A DNA stretch of 45,294 nt from positions 1 to 45,294 of the IMG/VR virus record IMGVR_UViG_2728369221_000001; one strand, 5' to 3'. The position numbers were made by a program, and so were the translations under genes. Numbering within the stretch: the stretch's first letter is position 1; every line of letters starts with the position of its first letter. The notes below the pieces were generated by a model. That model worked only from the letters and a program-made list of their open reading frames with translations, ran no database searches and had not been told where the DNA came from. Positions 27,272-35,743 of this stretch are shown here, piece by piece. This DNA is from a virus.

Positions 27272-27285
27272 TTCGATATATCGAA
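27272..27285. repeat. Perfect 14-bp palindrome TTCGATATATCGAA
   Basis: Read directly; lies in the low-GC intergenic region between int2 and the par operon. Confidence 0.85.
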
Positions 27286-27342
27286 CGCGAACAGCAGATC
27301 ACTCCAGCCCGAGTTCGTCACCTCGGTAGTCTTCTGCCATCG

Positions 27343-27810
27343 TCAGCTGACCATCTCCCCGTACTCGTCGTAGGCCGCTTCGAGATCGAGGTACGCTGCG
27401 ATCGCCTCGAGGTCTTGATGTCCGTGACGGAACGCCGCAGCGTAGAAGTCGTTCTTCAGCGGCTCGTCGCGGTCAGCGAGGTTGCACAGCGCTTTGATCT
27501 GCCGGAACGCGGTCTCCAATTCCTCTTTCTCGTCCGCCGGGATGTACGCTTGGACGTTTTCACGGCTCGCCTTCACGCCGTCCTTCCCATCGGTCCCGGT
27601 AGTGCTGTCTTCGCTGTCGTTGCTGTCAATCCCATCATTACTGGCACTGCTGGCTACGTCAGTCATACTATCATTCTCGTCAGAGACATCATTGCCGTCT
27701 TTACTGTCCTGCTCGTCGTTGCCGTCGTCGGTCGTTCCTTCGTACTCGTCTTTCAGGTCACCGAGGCCGCTGAAGCGGTCGCGGGGGTCGTCGTCGGCCA
27801 TCGAGATCAC
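27343..27810 (-). CDS. ParA partner (putative centromere-binding adaptor), about 155 aa
   Basis: GTGA overlap with parA; tripeptide D-S/G-N/K repeats then an RHH-like C-terminus (ENVQAYIPADEKEEL). Confidence 0.7.
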   Translation of the reverse strand: MISMADDDPRDRFSGLGDLKDEYEGTTDDGNDEQDSKDGNDVSDENDSMTDVASSASNDGIDSNDSEDSTTGTDGKDGVKASRENVQAYIPADEKEELETAFRQIKALCNLADRDEPLKNDFYAAAFRHGHQDLEAIAAYLDLEAAYDEYGEMVS

Positions 27811-28619
27811 GCCCCGTCGATCCGCTCGTCGAGCGTTGCGGCGAGTTTACGGTAGCGGTCGCACATCGCGTTCTCAGGATCGAACTCGAACAACGTCTCG
27901 CCGTGACGCCACGACCGTGGAATCGCAACGCGGTAGCGGACTTCGAGAACCTCCTCACCGTCGTCGCTCTCTTGGAGTAGCAGCTCGTCGTCGAACTCGG
28001 GCCGAAGCTCCTCGAGGATGAATTTTTTCTCGTTGTTGTCACGCGCGACGTTGACGAAGATGCCGGCGATCGAGACCTCGTCGTCGAGGTCTCTCCGAAT
28101 CGGGATGACTTGGTTTTCCATGAGCTCACTGAACCCGTCCAGCGCCTCGCCGGCGGGCATCAGCGGCACGAGCACATTCTTCGCGGCGATGATCGCCGAG
28201 TCGCTGACGCGGTTGAGCTCCGGCGGCGAGTCCAGCACGACCCAGTCGTAGCCGTCCTCGACATCGTCGAGGAACTCTTCGAGGCGCAGGAACCACGCGC
28301 GGTCGTTGTTCAGGTCGTCGGAGAGATCATCCATCCGGCGGTTGGCCGGGATCACGTCGAACGGCCCGCGATCGCGGATGATCGATGTCGGATCGGCGCC
28401 GTCGACGGCGTCGTCCTGTAGCAAGAACTGGCCGATGTGGTACTCAGCGTCGTAGGCGTCCTCAAGGCCGAGCCCTTTCGTGAGCCCGCCGCGGTGGTCG
28501 AGGTCGACCGCGAGGACGTCCTCGCCCTGGTCGGCGAGTGCGGCCGCGAGGTTTGTCGCCGTAGCTGTCTTCCCGGTCCCGCCCTTGAATATCGCCGTCG
28601 TGATGCGTTTTGCTGTCAT
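27807..28619 (-). CDS. parA: ParA/Soj-family ATPase, 270 aa
   Basis: Deviant Walker A KGGTGKT, VLAVDLDHRG, WVVLDSPP; likely ATG 28619. Confidence 0.95.
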   Translation of the reverse strand: MTAKRITTAIFKGGTGKTATATNLAAALADQGEDVLAVDLDHRGGLTKGLGLEDAYDAEYHIGQFLLQDDAVDGADPTSIIRDRGPFDVIPANRRMDDLSDDLNNDRAWFLRLEEFLDDVEDGYDWVVLDSPPELNRVSDSAIIAAKNVLVPLMPAGEALDGFSELMENQVIPIRRDLDDEVSIAGIFVNVARDNNEKKFILEELRPEFDDELLLQESDDGEEVLEVRYRVAIPRSWRHGETLFEFDPENAMCDRYRKLAATLDERIDGA

Positions 28620-28632
28620 GATTGGCAGACCC

Positions 28633-28716
28633 GGCATAGACGGCAATCCCATCATTACTGGGATTGCTGTCCTGCCTGTCACTACCGGGAGTGCTCTCAC
28701 TGATGGATCATAAAAG
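28633..28716 (-). promoter_or_regulatory. parA promoter/operator with 13-bp inverted repeat and 9-bp repeats
   Basis: CTTTTATG TATA on the minus strand (28709-28716); GACGGCAATCCCA/TGGGATTGCTGTC (28639-28671). Confidence 0.65.
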
Positions 28717-28941
28717 CGCGTCAGACGCTCGTCGGCCGGCGAGGAATAGATGTCGAAGCGGTGCGTCAGTCGTCCGCCGGCCGGTCAGTCCCCGTATGTA
28801 GACAGTGGTGGTTGCGTGTCTCAGTCGATGAGATTATATGACTGGCCGACGCCACTGTAGGCTGTTCCAGACGGCGCTCTGGAGCCGTTGAAGTTGGCGT
28901 CCGCACCACACGATGCGGTTTCAGATGGACGCTTCTGCGGT

Positions 28942-29721
28942 CTACTCTTCGAGCTTCCGTCGCGCGGAGTTGACGCGCTCCGAGACGTTGCTCCGGTTGA
29001 GCTCCGACGCTTTTGCCCAGCCCGTCTGAGAGTAGCCAAACCGCTCGACGGCGAGGTAATCGCGTAGCTCCGACGCAGTCAGTTCCCGCGCGAGACCGTC
29101 GTACATCGTCGGTTCGCTGTCGTCGGGCTCGGCGATGGTAAGATATCGCTTGTTGCGCTTGTTGCGTTCGCCAACTCGCGTCCCGAACTGGACGATCTCC
29201 CAGCCATGCGGGAGTTGATGTTTGTCGAGCGAGAACGCCGAGAACTCCGTACCGGGCTCCCACGACACGCGCACCGCAGCCCGGCCGTCGGCAATCGTGT
29301 CGGTCTCGATCGTCCAGTCGATGGGCAGGCCTCGATTGTCCTCCAACGCCGCCGCAACGTCGTCCTGCTCGCGGTCGTGATCCTGCTTGTCGCCGCCGTC
29401 GGTCCGCAAGTCTTCGTCGCTGTCTCCGGATTCGATCTCTTCGTCTTCGTCGTCTTCGATTGGCTGGAGCGAAACGCCACTGCCGTCCTCGATCTCGGCG
29501 TTGATGTAGCCCGCGCTGACCTCGTGTTCCTCGCCCTCGTCGGTCTCGATGACGACGATGGTCTGCTCCATCGTGTTGCTCGGGCCGAGGTGCTTCGTGA
29601 CCTCTTCGATTTCTAGAACCGTAGCGTCGGTTTCGACGATCTCGGCATCCGTCGTCTCCAGCGTAAACTCGTCGGGGATGCTGATGTAGTGAACGCGGTC
29701 GCCGGCTTCGAGTTCGTGCAT
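28942..29721 (-). CDS. Modular protein with C-terminal HTH, 259 aa
   Basis: YSQTGWAKASELNRSNVSERVNSARRKL (sigma region 4-like HTH); RTDGG linker. Confidence 0.75.
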   Translation of the reverse strand: MHELEAGDRVHYISIPDEFTLETTDAEIVETDATVLEIEEVTKHLGPSNTMEQTIVVIETDEGEEHEVSAGYINAEIEDGSGVSLQPIEDDEDEEIESGDSDEDLRTDGGDKQDHDREQDDVAAALEDNRGLPIDWTIETDTIADGRAAVRVSWEPGTEFSAFSLDKHQLPHGWEIVQFGTRVGERNKRNKRYLTIAEPDDSEPTMYDGLARELTASELRDYLAVERFGYSQTGWAKASELNRSNVSERVNSARRKLEE

Positions 29722-29730
29722 TGTGTTCGA

Positions 29731-29775
29731 CCTCTATGTAGTACATAGGGGGACAACCACTTATAGTTTGTGGTG
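29731..29775 (-). promoter_or_regulatory. Promoter with palindromic operator
   Basis: CTATGTA-G-TACATAG (29734-29748) near the expected TSS; CTATAAG on the minus strand at about 29760-29766. Confidence 0.55.
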
Positions 29776-29849
29776 TATAGGGGAACACACTGGGAGGAGT
29801 GTGGGTGAGAGGGTGGCCGGTTCGGTCAGTACCGCTCGCAGACTTCTCA

Positions 29850-30374
29850 TTAGACATGTGGATCATCACCCGGATAGTGCGCGCCAGTAGTGCGGCGGGC
29901 AGTCTCGCGTTGCTGTTCGCGGCGCCGTCGAGCAGCACGGATCGGCTCGGGCAGCTGCGCATCTCGGTCTTGCCCACCAGCGTCGGGCTCGATCGACGAA
30001 AGCGCAGACGACACTGCTGAAGCGAACGCATCAGAGAACGCTTCCGCAGCGTTCGCCATCGCGTCGATCAGCGGGTCAATCGCGGTCTGCATCGCGTCAG
30101 TGAAGACGCGGACGTGAGCGTTCACGACCACGACCAACGAGATCGCGTCGCCGGCGCCGGCGTCGATCTCTTGCTGGACGATCGGCGGGACGACGATCCG
30201 GTCGCGCCGGTCGGTCGGCAGCATCGATCGGGCCAACTCCGTGGCTCGGAACTCGTCCGGCGTCAGCGAGAACTCTGGGGCCGCGCGTTCGAGCACCCAG
30301 TGATCGCCGGCGTCCAAGATGCGGTACTGGAGCGCCTTGCTGTCTCGATCGATCGACAGGCCGGTCTCGGTCAT
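29850..30374 (-). CDS. Hypothetical protein, 174 aa
   Basis: Coupled to neighbours by overlap; plausible codon pattern. Confidence 0.7.
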   Translation of the reverse strand: MTETGLSIDRDSKALQYRILDAGDHWVLERAAPEFSLTPDEFRATELARSMLPTDRRDRIVVPPIVQQEIDAGAGDAISLVVVVNAHVRVFTDAMQTAIDPLIDAMANAAEAFSDAFASAVSSALSSIEPDAGGQDRDAQLPEPIRAARRRREQQRETARRTTGAHYPGDDPHV

Positions 30375-30646
30375 AGCTCCACCTCGTCACGGAGGTCGCC
30401 CGCCGGCCGGAGCGTCGGCAGCTGCGTTGCGATGCGGACGCGGTGGGCCGCGAGCGCAACGCCGAGGAAGTACGCCACTGCGAGGACGCCGAATGCGACG
30501 AGGGCCAGTGCATCGAGCCCATGGATCGGCGTCGCTACAGCGCCGAGGCACGCGGCGGTGGCCCAGAACGCCACTCCGAACGGGCAGACTTGCTCGGCAA
30601 GTCGGGCAGTCTGGTAGAGCACGCTACGGGGCAGGTCAGTCAGCAT
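30371..30646 (-). CDS. Membrane protein, 91 aa, 2 TM
   Basis: FGVAFWATAACLGAV and LALVAFGVLAVAYFLGVALAA; ATG 30646. Confidence 0.7.
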   Translation of the reverse strand: MLTDLPRSVLYQTARLAEQVCPFGVAFWATAACLGAVATPIHGLDALALVAFGVLAVAYFLGVALAAHRVRIATQLPTLRPAGDLRDEVEL

Positions 30647-31253
30647 CGAGCATCGCCTCCTTGGCTTCCTGAACGCGCTTGTACTTCTCGACATCACCAT
30701 CGCCAGTGTCGGGATGAAGGTCCGCCGACAGCCGACGAGCGACAGCTCGTACGACCTCGTCGGGCGCGTCGGGTGCGACACCGAGGATCTCGTGCGGTGG
30801 TTCGGTGGCCTCGATCACGTCCTCGTCGTCGGCCGGCGGCAGACGGGCGTTGGCGAACTCGCTCTCGCCGGTCTCAACCGGTCGCTGCTCCATCTTGCGC
30901 TTCTCGTGGATGTAGAGCCCGACCGTCCGGACGTTGTCTCGGAGCTTCGTGTAGCGGTCGCACGCGACGGCGTACTGGTTGCCGTCCATCGACCACCGAA
31001 CCACGACGCCCGGGTCGTCTGGGTTTGCGCGGCTGTAGGGGCGCTGGTCGCGCTGGCGCTGCTGGGCGGCTGTCGAAAGCCGCCAGTCATCGACGCCAAG
31101 ACGGTCGAGTTCGGCTTCGAGATCGTCGAGCGCCTGTGCGAGCGTCACGTCGTATTTGCGATTCCGTTCGCGCTCGCCTGTGGGGGTTCGCGCGAAGTCG
31201 GCCGGCCAATCGATGCCGCTGCTCTGGTCCGGTTCGGCGGTCGCGTTACTCAT
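30636..31253 (-). CDS. Protein with C-terminal J-domain, 205 aa
   Basis: PHEILGV...ARRLSADLHPDTGDGDVEKYKRVQEA (HPD motif). Confidence 0.88.
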   Translation of the reverse strand: MSNATAEPDQSSGIDWPADFARTPTGERERNRKYDVTLAQALDDLEAELDRLGVDDWRLSTAAQQRQRDQRPYSRANPDDPGVVVRWSMDGNQYAVACDRYTKLRDNVRTVGLYIHEKRKMEQRPVETGESEFANARLPPADDEDVIEATEPPHEILGVAPDAPDEVVRAVARRLSADLHPDTGDGDVEKYKRVQEAKEAMLDAD

Positions 31254-31617
31254 CGTTTTCCCCGAGTGCCTCGCCGATGCGATCAGCTGCACGTCGTGCT
31301 GCCTCTGGGTCGCTGCGTTCGAAGGCGCCTTGGAGGCCTTGATAGGCTTCTCTCACAGATTGTAGGTCAGTTTCTGGCGAATCACAGACATCGCGCTTGA
31401 CCATCTCGTAGACCTCGGGGAAGTGCTCTTCGAGGATGTCGATGTCGCTGCCGAGCTTCTTCCGAACGCGATTTCGAACCAGCGAGCGGACTTTGTACTC
31501 GTAGTTGTCCGACACATCACGATCGCCTGCAATGATCTCCTGCTCGGCTTCGGTAAGCAACGCGCGGCCCTCTTCTGTCATTGAATCTGCTGTTTTAGCT
31601 GTGGCCATGTAATACCA
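31246..31617 (-). CDS. Putative transcriptional regulator, about 123 aa
   Basis: RALLTEAEQEII...YKVRSLVRNRV pattern seen in haloarchaeal mobile-element regulators; divergent from the early operon. Start uncertain. Confidence 0.6.
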   Translation of the reverse strand, partial: WYYMATAKTADSMTEEGRALLTEAEQEIIAGDRDVSDNYEYKVRSLVRNRVRKKLGSDIDILEEHFPEVYEMVKRDVCDSPETDLQSVREAYQGLQGAFERSDPEAARRAADRIGEALGENDE

Positions 31618-31661
31618 CATGTCGTAAGATACACGCACGCGCCAAATAGCTTACCCCTAAC

Positions 31662-31689
31662 TCGTATACACACTCAGCAGTGTATACGA
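31662..31689. promoter_or_regulatory. Operator palindrome between divergent promoters
   Basis: TCGTATACAC-N8-GTGTATACGA, 10-bp perfect arms; TATTAAG at 31701. Confidence 0.7.
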
Positions 31690-31809
31690 TTATTCGTAAG
31701 TATTAAGGAAGTGGCTGATAGAGATGTAACTGAAGCGCGGGACGCCTCGGGAGAAACTCCCGGGGACGGTGCTTCAGACACCGACCCCGCGCCCTCAAAG
31801 AGAGCAACC

Positions 31810-32199
31810 ATGGCTACGAAACAGAACGCCAAGAACTTCACGCAAGACGTCGACCGAGAGCACTTCGAGATTCCCGCCGAGTGGGCCTACGCTGGCTCGC
31901 ATGAGACGGTCGACGAAGAGACCGAGAACCGCTACTACGCCGAGAAAATCTGCGTTGAGACCCACCTCGAAGGCGAGCGCGTCAGCGCAACCGAGATCGA
32001 TTACTCCGAGGACGTCTTGATGTGGGTTCGCTACGAGCACCCCGAGACCGGCGACCGCGTCGAAGAGGCCTACCGTGCCGCGGCGATCGAGCGCGATGGC
32101 GAGATATACTACACCCCGAAGGTCGTCCGCAAAGGCGGCCCGGACAAGTTCAAGACGAGTATCGCAGTGCCGAAGCGCCGTACCGAGGAGGGACGGTGA
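31810..32199 (+). CDS. Hypothetical protein, 129 aa
   Basis: Acidic ORF after an about 80-nt leader; ATG 31810. Confidence 0.8.
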   Translation: MATKQNAKNFTQDVDREHFEIPAEWAYAGSHETVDEETENRYYAEKICVETHLEGERVSATEIDYSEDVLMWVRYEHPETGDRVEEAYRAAAIERDGEIYYTPKVVRKGGPDKFKTSIAVPKRRTEEGR

Positions 32200-32627
32200 T
32201 CACGATGCAGGACATCTGCCGCGACGCACGCAAGCGCCTCAACGAGACCGCGCGTCATCAGGCCGAGCAGTTTGACTCGGTGATCCTCCACAACCACGTC
32301 GCCGAAGGGGTTCCCGAAGACAGTGACCTTCGGCGGCTCGTCGATCTCGCCGAACGAAGCTACGCGCTGGCAGCCGACACTGACGACGATGAGATCGACA
32401 CGGCGGCGTTCAGCGCCGGCGCGGACCTCAACGACGCGGCGACCGAGCGCGTCAACGACGTCGTGACCGAGTTGGTCGCCGAACTGGACGACGACGCGAT
32501 CGCGGCCGCCCGCGACGAGCGCGACCGGTTCCTCGAGGACGATGAAGACGATGGCCGCGAAGAGCCGACCCGCTCCGAGCCAGCCGACTTCGGCGGCGGC
32601 GAGTCCACGGGGGTGCAAGACCTATGA
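32196..32627 (+). CDS. Hypothetical acidic protein, about 143 aa
   Basis: GTG overlapping the previous stop, SD ggagg upstream. Confidence 0.75.
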   Translation: MITMQDICRDARKRLNETARHQAEQFDSVILHNHVAEGVPEDSDLRRLVDLAERSYALAADTDDDEIDTAAFSAGADLNDAATERVNDVVTELVAELDDDAIAAARDERDRFLEDDEDDGREEPTRSEPADFGGGESTGVQDL

Positions 32628-32944
32628 GCGACGACCTACCCCCAATCAAGATCGGCGACCACGTCACTGACCGCGAAGACGACGAAGACAGTGCCACGAT
32701 GCTGGTCGTTGGGCTCGACACGCTTCGGGCCGACGCGTACGAACTCGGCGACGGCGGCCCGACCGTCGCGGAAGTCAACCCCGAGTACCCCGAGACCGAC
32801 GACGTCGTCGAGGTGATCTTCCCGCAACGGACCGACTTGGATGTCGACAAGAAGCGCTACGCCTACCCCCGCGAACGGCTCTCACTGGAGACGCCACTAC
32901 ACGACCTCGAGGACGAGCAGGAGGTGAACGCCGATGCACAGTGA
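32624..32944 (+). CDS. SH3-like haloviral protein, 106 aa
   Basis: IGDHVTDR...TVAEVNPEYP..D.VVEV.F...YAYP..RL pattern. Confidence 0.7.
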   Translation: MSDDLPPIKIGDHVTDREDDEDSATMLVVGLDTLRADAYELGDGGPTVAEVNPEYPETDDVVEVIFPQRTDLDVDKKRYAYPRERLSLETPLHDLEDEQEVNADAQ

Positions 32945-33329
32945 CCGCCTCGATCGGGCCGCCATCGAGCAAGCGATCTGCGGCCGGGAACTCCCGAACG
33001 ATCAGCCCGAGCACTGCCGGCGCTGTGGTGGCGAACTCTGGGAGGGGCAACCCGCCACGCTTCGCGTGACGCGGACGACCGGCGAGACGCGATGGGAGAT
33101 CGTCGGGATCTGGTGTCCAGTCTGTGCGCCCCACGAGTTGGAGTCGAGTACGCTCGGCGCCGAGGACACACTCGTCGAAATCGAGATCGCGGCCGGCCAG
33201 CTGCATCCCGAAACATGGCTTCAAGCTGTCCGCCCAGACGTGATCGACACGGCGAGTGCTCACGACGAAGGTGGCACAGACATCGATGTCGGCGCCGTTC
33301 TCATGGAGGTAGCTGATGGCGGCGAGTAA
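32934..33329 (+). CDS. CxxC zinc-binding protein, 131 aa
   Basis: CRRC...CPVC. Confidence 0.7.
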   Translation: MHSDRLDRAAIEQAICGRELPNDQPEHCRRCGGELWEGQPATLRVTRTTGETRWEIVGIWCPVCAPHELESSTLGAEDTLVEIEIAAGQLHPETWLQAVRPDVIDTASAHDEGGTDIDVGAVLMEVADGGE

Positions 33330-33528
33330 CGCCGGCGGGAGTGAGCTGCTACTCGGCCTCGAGCGGAACGCGCGAAACCATCCGACCGGGAGGGTCTACT
33401 GCGAGTGCTGCGATGCTGTTGGCGAGCGTCCCGACGAGGTCAGCCATATGGTGGACTGTCCGCTGGCGGACGACTAAGACAAAACGGGAGAGTTGCTGTT
33501 TTTGCGGGCTTACTTTAGCGACGAAGAG

Positions 33529-33696
33529 TTAGTCAGCTACTACTGTCTTCGCCGCAGTCGCATTTCCCGACAGGTGTTCTCTTAGCGCAGTCCGGACAAT
33601 CTCAGACTGCGGTACGTCGTACGGGACCTCGTCCTGCTCCTTCTGGATGAGTTCTTCCAACTCATCGTCAATTCGGACACTCAACTGCTTCGCCAT
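33529..33696 (-). CDS. Ribbon-helix-helix (CopG/Arc-like) regulator, 55 aa
   Basis: KQLSVRIDDELEELI...QSEIVRTALREHL. Confidence 0.88.
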   Translation of the reverse strand: MAKQLSVRIDDELEELIQKEQDEVPYDVPQSEIVRTALREHLSGNATAAKTVVAD

Positions 33697-33805
33697 TGTT
33701 GTTGCAAGTGTTGTTCCCCAACACAAATAAGCCTAGGGCCTACAGCGAACACTTCAACCCCGCTGCACCACAAGTATTATACTGCAACACAAGTAATACA
33801 GAGCC
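33697..33805. promoter_or_regulatory. Divergent promoter region with repeated CA(A/C)CACAA(A/G)TA boxes
   Basis: Copies at 33719-33729, 33766-33776 and 33785-33795; AT-rich. Confidence 0.7.
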
Positions 33806-34003
33806 ATGCCGGGAGATGACGATAAGTTCATTCACGTCCGCTGTTCGCCGGCTCTAAAGCGGAAAATCCGACTCGCCGCGGCAGCAGCGGAGTTGAATCA
33901 AAGCGACTTCGTCCGGTCGCGGCTCGGGGACATCGCTGACGACGAATTAGAGGACGTGAACATCGAGGAGTTGCTCGACAGCGAAGAGATCGCCGAGGCA
34001 TAG
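33806..34003 (+). CDS. Ribbon-helix-helix regulator, 65 aa
   Basis: FIHVRCSPALKRKIRLAA...NQSDFVRSRL. Confidence 0.85.
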   Translation: MPGDDDKFIHVRCSPALKRKIRLAAAAAELNQSDFVRSRLGDIADDELEDVNIEELLDSEEIAEA

Positions 34004-34289
34004 CTCGCCAATCAACTGCAGACCGCCGCGCCCCCACGCGGCGGCCAAGAACACCAATGCGCATCCGATACCACAAACCCCCGAGGCTTGGTAATGCGGC
34101 CGGTACTTGCGGCTTCGCTGTAGTATCACGAGGATACTACACGAATGCCCGCCAGTACGCCGCGTTTACTTCCACTCGGGTCGGGGTTTGCAAACCGCGA
34201 GACGGCGCCGCGGTCGGATGGGGTTTCACTTTCACTCCGGCGGGTAATCAGTTTGATAATAACCGCTCTCGTCAGAAGCAGTTGGTACC

Positions 34290-34562
34290 ATGGCGAAAGT
34301 TAAACGCGCCGACGGGAGTAGCGTCGAAGACCGGCGGGAGACCATCCAGATCAACCGGTCAGATGACATTGATCGGATGCGTTTCCGCTGTCCGAACGGC
34401 CACACGCGGTGGACGCCGACAAACTCGCACGTCTACTGCTCCTCGTGTGGCAAAGCACGCGACTCCCACCGGGATGCCGACCCCGAGCACTACGAGCTCC
34501 TGGACAAGAAGACAGGGGAGCTCATCTCGTGGTCGCGCATCGAACTCATCGACGGGCGCTGA
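34290..34562 (+). CDS. Zinc-finger protein, 90 aa
   Basis: CPNGH...CSSC. Confidence 0.75.
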   Translation: MAKVKRADGSSVEDRRETIQINRSDDIDRMRFRCPNGHTRWTPTNSHVYCSSCGKARDSHRDADPEHYELLDKKTGELISWSRIELIDGR

Positions 34563-34787
34563 GACCGCCCACCCCGGAAATACAACCCTCACTTACAACA
34601 CAGCCGCGAAAACACGCCAGCACATCACGACACTAACCGACCGCGTCGGCCCATTCCAAAAGTTCGACGCGGCCGGTTCCAAGCTGTCGTGGTCCACTGC
34701 CGGTCAGGTCGCATTGTCCACCGAGCAACCCGTTGGCCTGCTGCGGGCTCCCTAACGGGAGGATCAGCAGGCAACCGCAGTAGACAC

Positions 34788-35177
34788 ATGACCCATTCCA
34801 ACGCGACAGATAAAAGCGCTCCCCCATCGAGCGAGCGCCAGTCCATCGAGCAACCGAACACGAACCAAGCCACAACTACGCTAGCAGCCCACGATCTCAC
34901 GGCGTTCCAGCGGCACATCCTGACGGTCCTCGACGACGGTCGGCAGCACGGCCTCGGCGTCAAGGCAGACCTCGAAGACCTCTACGGCAAAGAAGTCAAC
35001 CACGGTCGGCTGTACCCGAACCTCGACGAACTGGTCGGGCTCGGCTTCGTCGACAAGAGCGATCTCGACGGGCGCACCAACGAGTACGAGCTCACCGACG
35101 CCGGCCACGACGCGCTCGTCGAGCAGGCCGAGTGGGAACTCCAGCGCGTCGCCATCCAGAACGAGGGTGATGCCTGA
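34788..35177 (+). CDS. PadR-like wHTH regulator, 129 aa
   Basis: LTAFQRHIL...HGRLYPNLDELV..GFV.K...RTNEYELT. Confidence 0.88.
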   Translation: MTHSNATDKSAPPSSERQSIEQPNTNQATTTLAAHDLTAFQRHILTVLDDGRQHGLGVKADLEDLYGKEVNHGRLYPNLDELVGLGFVDKSDLDGRTNEYELTDAGHDALVEQAEWELQRVAIQNEGDA

Positions 35178-35743
35178 TGCTCGGCCGGATCATCGATGCA
35201 CTCACCGGCACCCGCACGGAGGACGCTAACCCGCCCGAGCAGAACCACGACATGTCCGTCGACATGGCGGTGACGCCCAACACATCGCTCTCCCTGAGCG
35301 AACTCGGCGAGATCATCACCAACGCCTGTCGGCGCGACATCGTCGAGATCGTCAACGACCACTGTACCGAGACCGGGCAGGCAGTCGGCCTCGGCGATCT
35401 CGCACGCGTCGTTGCCGCACGCGAGAACGACAAGCAGCCCAGCGAGATCACCAGCGACGAGCGCAAGCGCGTGTACGTCGCACTGTACCAAGTCCACCTA
35501 CCGAAGCTCGAGAGCATGGGCGCGATCGCCTGTAACGACAGCCATGATGCGATCGTCCCGACGCCGGAGACGGCCGGCATCTGCGAAGCGCTCGTACAGC
35601 TGCGCGAACTCCAGACCGACCCGGACGACGCACCAGCCATCCCGCCGACAGCACTGACCACAGAGCGACGCCTCGACGATCTCGACCACTACGACAGCGC
35701 CGTCGGACCAGTCGCTGTCGGCGACGGAGGTGACGAGGCATGA
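35177..35743 (+). CDS. DUF7344-like wHTH protein, 188 aa (paralogue of 24512-24883)
   Basis: RRDIV...LARVVAARE...RKRVYVALYQVHLPKL. Confidence 0.8.
   Translation: MLGRIIDALTGTRTEDANPPEQNHDMSVDMAVTPNTSLSLSELGEIITNACRRDIVEIVNDHCTETGQAVGLGDLARVVAARENDKQPSEITSDERKRVYVALYQVHLPKLESMGAIACNDSHDAIVPTPETAGICEALVQLRELQTDPDDAPAIPPTALTTERRLDDLDHYDSAVGPVAVGDGGDEA

Noticed and set aside
26818-27321. 167-aa minus-strand ORF in the low-GC island
   Set aside because: Atypical composition and no motif; likely chance.
28766-30031. 421-aa minus-strand ORF
   Set aside because: Off-frame overlap of the acidic 28942-29721 gene; Arg-rich.
34057-34755. 232-aa ORF
   Set aside because: Overlaps the better-supported 34290-34562 gene in another frame; basic, no motifs.
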